Source of the DNA: a virus
Length of the DNA: 39,771 nucleotides
Virus record (IMG/VR): IMGVR_UViG_3300045988_007823
Reading direction: 5' to 3' (one strand)
Below the pieces are notes generated by a model that ran no database searches, was not told where the DNA came from, and was given only the letters and a program-made list of their open reading frames with translations. Below are positions 1 through 5,823 of the stretch, one piece after another. Every line of letters starts with the position of its first letter. Positions within the stretch are counted from its first letter, which is position 1. Made by a program: the position numbers and the translations under genes.

Positions 1-55
1 GTGGCGAAGGTTGCCTTTGCTTTTGTCATGGTTGTTTTCCTACTTTCTGCGGCGG
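1..55. repeat. Terminal direct repeat, left copy, identical to 39717-39771. It indicates a circular or circularly permuted genome.
   Basis: Base-by-base comparison of the first 55 nt with the last 55 nt shows a perfect match. Confidence 0.95.
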
Positions 56-234
56 TGCGCCGCCTTTTGTACTCTCTTTTTGATGTCGATGGTGTAATCG
101 GCAATCGGGTGCTGCTTTGTCCGCGCTTCCAGCCGGGCTTCGCATCCGGCCTTAAATTCTGCGTACCGGGGGCAGGATGCATGGCAGCCGACGTGACGCT
201 CGGCGCAGTCCTTACACGGGGCGATCATCGCCAT
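40..234 (-). CDS. Small Cys/His-rich protein of 64 aa (MAMIAPCKDCAERHVGCHASCPRY...) with a basic tail.
   Basis: ATG at 234 lies 10 nt after GGGAG. The start overlaps the stop of the upstream gene. The spacing of four Cys plus His suggests a zinc-binding protein. Confidence 0.55.
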   Translation of the reverse strand: MAMIAPCKDCAERHVGCHASCPRYAEFKAGCEARLEARTKQHPIADYTIDIKKRVQKAAHRRRK

Positions 235-439
235 TGATTGTTTCTCCCTTTGCCCAGCGAATGAACGCAAGGCGGGGTATCTTCGTCCGGTTGCCGCTGC
301 GGAATGTCGGGAACGGCAAGCGCTCCGGGCAGTCACGCGCCATGAGGGTTATGGCATACGGCGAACATCCCAAGTACGCCGCCGCAACGTTCGAGGAAAT
401 GCATCCCTTGTCCATCGCCTCAATCTCTTCAAGTGTCAT
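212..439 (-). CDS. Excisionase/MerR-type helix-turn-helix DNA-binding protein, 75 aa.
   Basis: ATG at 439 lies 8 nt after GGGAGG. The segment AAYLGCSPYAITLMARD...TKIPRLAFIRWAKGE resembles Xis/AlpA-type HTH proteins. Confidence 0.6.
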   Translation of the reverse strand: MTLEEIEAMDKGCISSNVAAAYLGCSPYAITLMARDCPERLPFPTFRSGNRTKIPRLAFIRWAKGETINGDDRPV

Positions 440-1193
440 TTCGCGCGCCTCCCAAAAACTTATCAACGAAATATTTCTGACCTTTGCCGGTAACTTTCGG
501 CGTCCGGGCGGTGAAACTGCCGGTAGCGGATGAATGTACCGTTTCCTTGATGCGGAACAGCTCTAAATCCATGCTTCTCTGCGTCGGCATATTCTTGTCC
601 GAACCGCTATTGCACAGATAACCGTCCTTGCGCAGGATTTCAAAAAGCCGCTTCTCGCCAATGTCCACGCCGTTCTGCCGGATGATCTTTGCAAGGTCAC
701 GAATGAGGATGTCATCGTCCGCCGTGCTGATCGCATAGCCGAGAACGGTTGCCGGGCGGTCGGTCTCGATCTTCTCGGCGAGAGCCTGCCGGTGTTCCCG
801 TTCCTCCTTGAGCGCTGTAAGCACTTTAATCATAGAATCGGGGTCGGCAATCATTTTCTCGACCGTGTCCGGCGTGGCGTACATCCCGTGCTTGCGGATG
901 GACGGGATTACCTCATCGGCGATCTTTGCCTGAAACCGTTCCGCCGCTTCGTTCTTCGCTTTCATGGCGAGACGGTAGAAGATGTTTTCGGGGATGAAGT
1001 TGGGTCTTTCGCCACAAGTGGCGAAACCGAGTTCCGCGAGGTACTGTTCGACGCGCTTCCAACGAACAACCTCGTTGCCACTTGTGGCAACGGTCGTGAA
1101 TCCCAGACCGCGGGCGACGGCTTCCAGATTCAGATACGCCGTGCCGTCCTTTTCGTAGCAGCTCACGCCGCTGATTGTGATAATGTCGCTCAT
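429..1193 (-). CDS. ant: Phage antirepressor with a Bro-N-like N-terminal region and an ANT/KilAC-type C-terminal domain.
   Basis: 254-aa ORF. The motif ...RFQAKIADEVIPSIRKHGMY... is typical of Bro-N, and the C-terminal half resembles KilAC antirepressor domains. Confidence 0.85.
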   Translation of the reverse strand: MSDIITISGVSCYEKDGTAYLNLEAVARGLGFTTVATSGNEVVRWKRVEQYLAELGFATCGERPNFIPENIFYRLAMKAKNEAAERFQAKIADEVIPSIRKHGMYATPDTVEKMIADPDSMIKVLTALKEEREHRQALAEKIETDRPATVLGYAISTADDDILIRDLAKIIRQNGVDIGEKRLFEILRKDGYLCNSGSDKNMPTQRSMDLELFRIKETVHSSATGSFTARTPKVTGKGQKYFVDKFLGGARNDT

Positions 1194-1333
1194 TCCTTAT
1201 CCTCCTTCTTTTCGGCTTTGATGCCGTCCAGTCTGCCCTGCAAGTAGCCGCGGACATAATCCGCGCCGTCCGGCGGGATTTGTTTCAGACTGTCGATGAC
1301 TTCCTTTGCAGCCTGTTTTTCCTTTTCGCTCAT
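1190..1333 (-). CDS. Small leader ORF of 47 aa (MSEKEKQAAKEVIDSLKQIPPDGADYVRGYLQGRLDGIKAEKKEDKE), translationally coupled to the antirepressor.
   Basis: ATG at 1333 lies 7 nt after AAAGGAGG. Its TGA overlaps the antirepressor ATG in an ATGA arrangement. It is too short to appear in the ORF track. Confidence 0.5.
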   Translation of the reverse strand: MSEKEKQAAKEVIDSLKQIPPDGADYVRGYLQGRLDGIKAEKKEDKE

Positions 1334-1351
1334 GGTTTCGCCTCCTTTGTG

Positions 1352-1360
1352 TGATATAAT
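1352..1360 (+). promoter_or_regulatory. Extended -10 promoter TGaTATAAT firing rightward into module A.
   Basis: TG at 1352-1353, spacer A, TATAAT at 1355-1360. There is no good -35. The predicted start near 1367 coincides with the first base of the 25-bp helix. Confidence 0.5.
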
Positions 1361-1367
1361 CGGTTAA

Positions 1368-1595
1368 CCGGCTTTAGGTACTGCGCACCCCCTCCGAAAG
1401 GAGGTGGGAAAATCAAGAGATTCTATACAGATTCGTTTGCCGAGGCGATCTCGCTCATCGCCAAAGGCTGGAAGCTGGATAGTGTCGCTTATTTCGTCAA
1501 CGGCGACGGGATAAGCATCATCCTATCTAAGTAACCTAATCCAAGTGCTTTTATATCCCCCGCAGACCTCGGGGGTACGCAGTACCTAAAACCGG
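1368..1595. repeat. Module A, one of two paralogous ~228-nt elements. A 25-bp closing helix encloses a 178-nt interior.
   Basis: The arms CCGGCTTTAGGTACTGCGCACCCCC and GGGGGTACGCAGTACCTAAAACCGG give 23 Watson-Crick pairs and 2 C-A mismatches on the plus strand. Those mismatches would be G-U pairs on the minus strand. The interior aligns with module B. Confidence 0.85.
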
Positions 1596-1602
1596 CTTGC
1601 TG

Positions 1603-1628
1603 CCGCCCTGCCGGGCGGTTATTTTTTT
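1603..1628 (+). terminator. Rho-independent terminator (CCGCCC-tgcc-GGGCGG followed by TTATTTTTTT).
   Basis: A GC-rich 6-bp hairpin at 1603-1618 is followed directly by a T-rich tract at 1619-1628. Confidence 0.65.
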
Positions 1629-1654
1629 GAAACCGCTTGACCAAACTGCAAAAG
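1629..1654. repeat. Left arm of a long inverted repeat that pairs with 1928-1953.
   Basis: GAAACCGCTTGACCAAACTGCAAAAG is the reverse complement of 1928-1953 apart from two positions. Those two positions are C-A on the plus strand and G-U on the minus strand. Confidence 0.8.
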
Positions 1655-1927
1655 GCAGATAAAGTTTAGTTACCCGTCGGGTCAGAAAGGGGGATTGATA
1701 GCGTGCAGACTTTGGTCGAAAGCTTCATGAAACCTCATCTGGGCTCGCCGCAAGTCATTTGACAGCCCCGCTTTCGTGGGCGGCTCACCGGTCGTAGTCA
1801 AATGATGTGCAGTTAAGAAACTCCATCGCTCGGAGTAGGTGTCACCAGCACCTGCGCTGTACTGCGAGCCATTCGGGCGGAGCGGGGGTCGGGATGTGAG
1901 CGACATCTCGCCCTCGCTCTGTTCCCG

Positions 1928-1953
1928 CTTTTGCAGCTTGGTCAAACGGTTTT
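1928..1953. repeat. Right arm of the long inverted repeat. It is followed by a second CCGCCC-tgtc-GGGCGG hairpin at 1962-1977.
   Basis: CTTTTGCAGCTTGGTCAAACGGTTTT pairs with 1629-1654. The adjacent hairpin mirrors the 1603-1618 hairpin but has no T tract. Confidence 0.8.
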
Positions 1954-1993
1954 CCTTTCTTCCGCCCTGTCGGGCGGGGGGTGTCAAACTTCC

Positions 1994-2215
1994 GATCCGC
2001 TTAAAATACTGCGTCCCCATGGGGGGAGGTGGTATTCGACGAGATATTACGCAAGTTCCCTGCGTGAAGCTATGGACAAGATAGCTTCCGGCTGGCGGCT
2101 TGATAGTATCGCTTGCTTTGTCAGCAATGGCAACTTGAGCATTATCCTATCTAAGTAACCCCAGCACTCTTTTTTCGCTCTGCACAATTCGGGGGCGCAG
2201 TATTTTAAGCGGATC
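1994..2215. repeat. Module B, the paralog of module A. A 25-bp closing helix encloses a 172-nt interior.
   Basis: The arms GATCCGCTTAAAATACTGCGTCCCC and GGGGGCGCAGTATTTTAAGCGGATC give 24 Watson-Crick pairs and one G-U pair on the plus strand. The interior shares GGAGGTGG, GGCTGG..GATAGT.TCGCTT and ATCCTATCTAAGTAACC blocks with module A. Confidence 0.85.
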
Positions 2216-2258
2216 AGTTCTTTCTGCGGGCGGTTGGTTGCTTTCTCAACTTGGTTTC

Positions 2259-2287
2259 ATTTTAACGCTACTTAGTTTAAATGTCAA
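2259..2287 (-). promoter_or_regulatory. Strong sigma-70-type early promoter for the leftward operon (TTGACA, 17-nt spacer, TAAAAT).
   Basis: On the minus strand the -35 TTGACA is the complement of 2282-2287 and the -10 TAAAAT is the complement of 2259-2264. The spacer is exactly 17 nt. It is divergent from the repressor promoter. Confidence 0.7.
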
Positions 2288-2319
2288 GCAATTTTTGAAA
2301 CTGGGTTTATAAATTTTTC

Positions 2320-2348
2320 TTGACTATCAAGAATCCAAATGTTATATT
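2320..2348 (+). promoter_or_regulatory. Promoter of the repressor gene (TTGACT, 17-nt spacer, TATATT).
   Basis: -35 at 2320-2325 and -10 at 2343-2348. AAAGGAGG and the ATG at 2374 follow. Confidence 0.7.
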
Positions 2349-2373
2349 GAATAGCGAAAGGAGGTAGCGCAAA

Positions 2374-2766
2374 ATGGAGACCATAAATAAGCAAATTGCC
2401 GCTTTGATCCACGCAAAGGGAATGAACAAGTCGCAGTTTGCGGAGAGCATCAACGTATCGCCGCAGTTTATTTCCGCAGTTTGCACCGGGACTAAGCAGC
2501 CGAGCGACCGAACGATCGCTGATATATGCCGCGTGTACAACGTTAACGAGGACTGGCTGCGGGACGGAACGGGCGAGCCGTTCATGCAGCTCTCGCGCGA
2601 GGAAACCATCGCGGCGTACGTCGGAAGGATTACCGGCGGACACATCACGGACATTGAGGAGAGCATCATAAAGTTCATGGCGGAAACGCCGGTAGAGGAA
2701 TGGGAAAACCTCGCCCGCGCCCTGCGGCGGTTTGCCGAGACAATAAAAAAGCCCGATACGGAGTGA
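2374..2766 (+). CDS. XRE-family HTH repressor, cI-like, with no S24 peptidase domain.
   Basis: 130 aa. The N-terminal segment KGMNKSQFAESINVSPQFISAVCTGTKQPSDRTIADICRVYNVNEDWL is a classic XRE HTH. It has a strong RBS and its own promoter and terminator. Confidence 0.85.
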   Translation: METINKQIAALIHAKGMNKSQFAESINVSPQFISAVCTGTKQPSDRTIADICRVYNVNEDWLRDGTGEPFMQLSREETIAAYVGRITGGHITDIEESIIKFMAETPVEEWENLARALRRFAETIKKPDTE

Positions 2767-2786
2767 TCCGTACCGGGCATTTTTTC
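2751..2786. terminator. Bidirectional intrinsic terminator shared by the repressor gene and the convergent 33-aa ORF.
   Basis: An 11-bp stem with one mismatch pairs 2751-2761 with 2768-2778. An A tract lies upstream and a T tract downstream. The repressor stop codon sits in the loop. Confidence 0.7.
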
Positions 2787-2794
2787 TGTTGTGG

Positions 2795-2896
2795 TTACAA
2801 CATGTTCAAAGCGGTTATGTACAAGAGGTGCAGCATTTTCGTGTCCATGAGGCGCAGGATGCGGACGATCTTCTCAATTTGGCGTTCCTTTTCCAT
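2795..2896 (-). CDS. 33-aa peptide ORF (MEKERQIEKIVRILRLMDTKMLHLLYITALNML).
   Basis: ATG at 2896 lies 4 nt after AAGGAGGG. A TTTAGA, 17-nt spacer, TATAAT promoter-like element lies upstream on the minus strand near 2925-2953. The ORF ends at the bidirectional terminator. Confidence 0.4.
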   Translation of the reverse strand: MEKERQIEKIVRILRLMDTKMLHLLYITALNML

Positions 2897-3005
2897 TTTT
2901 CCCTCCTTATTTTATTGCCTTTCGACAAATTGCGCCTTGATTATATCGGTAAAAAGAGTTATTCTAAACATATCCACAGTAAAAATTTAATAGGAGTGGG
3001 ATATT

Positions 3006-3788
3006 ATGAGGAAGAAACTGCTTGCCCTTGCATTAGTCTTTGCGCTCGTTTTTGCCCTTTGCGCGTGCGGCGCGGCGGCTCAAACGGCGAAAGAAGAAGC
3101 AAGTCAGGTTGTTGAAGCGACAGCCACACCGGCACCGACACCAGAACCGACGCAGCAGCCGGAACCAGTAATTGATTACGAAATAACGTACACAAACTGC
3201 AAAGTTGGAACGGATGACGCCGGGAGAAACACGTTTGCTCAAATCCTTTTCGTCGTCGAAAACAAGGGCGACTGCAATATAACGTTAAGCTATGAAAAAC
3301 CGAGCTATGTCGATCTCGTGGACGAAGCCGGAAACATTGTTGAAACGAAGAACATCGGTGGCGGTTATCCCAGCGTCATAAAGCCAGGCGAAAAATCGTA
3401 CTTCTTCCAGCAGGAAGTTATCACAACCGAAGAGCGGAATCTTACAGCCGTTCCGTCCATTGACTTTCAACAAGCATTCGAGGAAATTACTTTTCTGCCG
3501 ACAAAGGACGTGACCTTCGGCAGAGACACCCGCCCGTATAACCCGTCCGGCGTCGTTGCTTCCGGCATTGTGGAAAACACAACCGGAAAACTGGTAACCT
3601 ATTGTAACATTTATGTTGTTCTGTTCTCCGGCGATGATCCGGTCGGCGTCATATCGTCTTATATCTCCGATCCGATACATGAGGACAGCGAGGCGGAATT
3701 TGAGACAATGGACGGGCGCGAAATGCAGCGCTTTGTCAATTTCAATGATATAACGTCTTATGAGGCGTCCGCTTACATCATAAAGTGA
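3006..3788 (+). CDS. Prophage lipoprotein (signal peptide plus lipobox) with two beta-rich domains.
   Basis: MRKKLLALALVFALVFALCAC is a lipoprotein signal sequence. A Pro/Thr/Glu-rich linker follows, then two similar beta-rich segments. AGGAG RBS. Confidence 0.8.
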   Translation: MRKKLLALALVFALVFALCACGAAAQTAKEEASQVVEATATPAPTPEPTQQPEPVIDYEITYTNCKVGTDDAGRNTFAQILFVVENKGDCNITLSYEKPSYVDLVDEAGNIVETKNIGGGYPSVIKPGEKSYFFQQEVITTEERNLTAVPSIDFQQAFEEITFLPTKDVTFGRDTRPYNPSGVVASGIVENTTGKLVTYCNIYVVLFSGDDPVGVISSYISDPIHEDSEAEFETMDGREMQRFVNFNDITSYEASAYIIK

Positions 3789-3979
3789 GAAGTGCCCCGG
3801 CATTGGCGGCAACCTCTGCCGGGGCTGCACCAGATACACCTTGTAAACCGACTTCATCTGCTGCAATCTTATGGTAGCAGATATTCACCGAAACTCAAGC
3901 GCCCGTACGGAAAAACGCTTGCCGTTTCCGCCAATCACCATGTTTAAGCGCTTTCCCGCTGGGAAAATCTTTTGCGGAA

Positions 3980-4555
3980 GTGATAGTTTTGTCTCAGATT
4001 CAGGAATTGCAACCGTTATTCGACGAATATCCATACAAAATGAAAAAAGCCCGTATGGACAAGGGCTTGACGCAGAAGCAGCTTTCCGACATGTCCGGCG
4101 TTCCGTATTCTGCCATAACGAAGATGGCAACAAACAACCAAGATGCATTGTTAAACTGCGTAGCGTTGTGCACAGTGCTTGATGTATCAATGGATGAGCT
4201 ATTCGGGCTGAAAGCGTCCGACAGTAAGGCGGAATTGCACGAGCAGAATCATGAGTTGGAAATCAGCAATATCCGGCAAGAGGGGAATATAAAACGTCTG
4301 AAAGAGCTGAACGACATGTTGACAGCGCAGGCCGCGCGGTATCGAACGATCATTTTTATGCTGCTCGGCGTTTGCGCTCTTCTGCTTGTTTCAGTCATTA
4401 GCTATATCGTCTTCGACATACAGCTCACAACCGCCGGGCTTTTCCGGTCAGCAAAAACAAGCACGCTTACTGTGTTCCTGGGCCTTGTCGTTCTCGCCTC
4501 CATCTGCGCCATCGGGTACGCCGTTCACACGATCCACAAAGGGATGAAAAAATAA
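3980..4555 (+). CDS. Membrane-anchored XRE-family HTH protein (HTH, coiled coil, two TM helices).
   Basis: KGLTQKQLSDMSGVPYSAITKMATNNQ is an HTH. The C-terminus has two hydrophobic helices, IIFMLLGVCALLLVSVISYIVF and VFLGLVVLASICAIGYAV. The start is uncertain and could be ATG 4040 instead. Confidence 0.7.
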   Translation: MIVLSQIQELQPLFDEYPYKMKKARMDKGLTQKQLSDMSGVPYSAITKMATNNQDALLNCVALCTVLDVSMDELFGLKASDSKAELHEQNHELEISNIRQEGNIKRLKELNDMLTAQAARYRTIIFMLLGVCALLLVSVISYIVFDIQLTTAGLFRSAKTSTLTVFLGLVVLASICAIGYAVHTIHKGMKK

Positions 4556-4601
4556 AATCTGCCCTCGGTCTGCACCGGGGGCATTGTAATAAGGTGATGG
4601 G

Positions 4602-5711
4602 ATGAATTGCCGTAAATGCAAAAAGGAAATACCGGAGAATAGCGCGTTCTGCCTGTTCTGTGGGGCGAAGCAACAGGTAACAGAGCGTAAACGCCGGAAG
4701 CGCGGGAACCAGCAGGGGAACGCGATCAAGCGCGGGAAAACGTGGACGGCACGCTGGACGGTGGCGACGCAGAATATCAACGGAGAAATAAGGCAAATCC
4801 GAAAGACGTTAGGAGGTTTCCCCACACAAACAGCGGCTCTGGCCTACGCTGCGAATCCTACAGAGCGGAAAGAAAAGCCAAAGTATACGCCGACGCTGAA
4901 AACGTACTATGATACATGGGAAGAAACCGCGCTGCCGAAGCTGAGTAAGTCAAAGCAATGCGCGTTTAAGATCGCGTGGAAGCGCTGGGAGGCCCTGCAC
5001 AATGAGCCGATATTCTCTCTGACCATCAACCAGCTACAGGCGTGTGTTGACGACCAGACGGAAACATATTACCCGGCGCGTGATATGAAAACCGTTATAT
5101 CCCATTTGTACCAGCGGGCATACGCCGAAGGATACGCGCGGGCGAATCTCGCGCAGTTTATCGAACTGCCGCCTCTGGATGAAAAAGAGCAGCAGCCGTT
5201 CACCGAAGAAGAAATAAAAAAGCTATGGAAAGCATACGACGATGGAGACCGTTTTCTCGCGTACCCTCTGTTGATGATATACAGCGGCATGATGCCCGGC
5301 GAGCTGATGCGCTGCACCGCCGATATGATCGACGTGGAGAAATGCGAGATCATCGGGTGCGGCATGAAAACGAAAAAGCGCAAGAGTACGCCGCTCGTCT
5401 TCCCGGACTGGATTGCGCCGATGGTTGCAGACATGGCCGCGAACGTCACCAGCCAAAAGGGCTATATCGTCGGAATGAACCGGGATAACTTCTATGATGA
5501 GTACCACGCGGCGTTACAACGCGCCGGGGTGCGCGATCTGCCGCCGTATTCCTGCCGCCACACAACGGCGACGGCGCTTGCGCTGGCTAAGACCGCGCCG
5601 TCTCTGATTCAAGAAATCATGCGGCACACGAAATTCTCCACAACGCAACGGTACATTCACCCAGACATGACAGACGCGCACGAAGCGGTAAACGTGTTGC
5701 GGCAATCGTGA
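4602..5711 (+). CDS. int: Tyrosine recombinase/integrase with an N-terminal zinc-ribbon.
   Basis: The N-terminus reads CRKC...CLFCG. The C-terminus reads ...SCRHTTATALA...IMRHTKFSTTQRYIHP, carrying the R, HxxR and Y catalytic signature. It lies adjacent to the attP core. Confidence 0.9.
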   Translation: MNCRKCKKEIPENSAFCLFCGAKQQVTERKRRKRGNQQGNAIKRGKTWTARWTVATQNINGEIRQIRKTLGGFPTQTAALAYAANPTERKEKPKYTPTLKTYYDTWEETALPKLSKSKQCAFKIAWKRWEALHNEPIFSLTINQLQACVDDQTETYYPARDMKTVISHLYQRAYAEGYARANLAQFIELPPLDEKEQQPFTEEEIKKLWKAYDDGDRFLAYPLLMIYSGMMPGELMRCTADMIDVEKCEIIGCGMKTKKRKSTPLVFPDWIAPMVADMAANVTSQKGYIVGMNRDNFYDEYHAALQRAGVRDLPPYSCRHTTATALALAKTAPSLIQEIMRHTKFSTTQRYIHPDMTDAHEAVNVLRQS

Positions 5712-5765
5712 TTCCCCAAAAGGGGAGAAAATCTGTTATTTCCCGTGTGCTTTATTACCGTTCCG

Positions 5766-5786
5766 TAGGTCACAAAATAGGTTACA
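5766..5786 (+). repeat. Left pair of candidate arm-type integrase sites (TAGGTCACA and TAGGTTACA).
   Basis: TAGGTCACA at 5766-5774 and TAGGTTACA at 5778-5786 are 12 nt apart. The same 9-mer recurs twice at 6038-6058 on the other side of the core. Confidence 0.55.
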
Positions 5787-5823
5787 ACACCAAAAAAACA
5801 TAGGAAAATCAATGGTTTTTCTA

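Larger units (their letters stand above)
1367..1628 (+). ncRNA. Candidate ~260-nt structured RNA (module A plus terminator), antisense to the leader of the antirepressor operon.
   Basis: It is bracketed by the extended -10 promoter (1352-1360) and an intrinsic terminator (1603-1628). A 25-bp helix pairs 1368-1392 with 1571-1595. No ATG, GTG or TTG start is available for the internal frame. Confidence 0.45.

Noticed and set aside
1-237. 78-aa plus-strand ORF at the window start.
   Set aside because: It has a GTG pseudo-start at the contig edge and is antisense to the Cys-rich gene 40..234 and to the duplicated start of 39536..39745.
1682-2020. 112-aa minus-strand ORF (MGTQYFKRIGSL...) and the plus-strand ORFs 1839..2084 and 1931..2158 inside the structured interval.
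   Set aside because: There is no Shine-Dalgarno; the ATG at 2020 is preceded by CCTCCCCCC. The ORFs use TTG or GTG pseudo-starts and have Ser/Thr/Pro/Arg/Gly-biased composition typical of translating GC-rich hairpins. They run across the helix arms. A small protein cannot be fully excluded without ribosome profiling.
1368-2215. Retron msr-msd or a DGR template/variable repeat pair as an explanation for the two inverted-repeat-closed modules.
   Set aside because: No reverse transcriptase ORF exists anywhere in the window. Differences between the copies are not adenine-specific, and neither copy lies at the 3' end of a target gene.
4011-4042. A leaderless-mRNA promoter (TTGCAA ... TATCCA) for the membrane XRE gene.
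   Set aside because: The spacer is only 15 nt and the -10 is poor, so it is not convincing.
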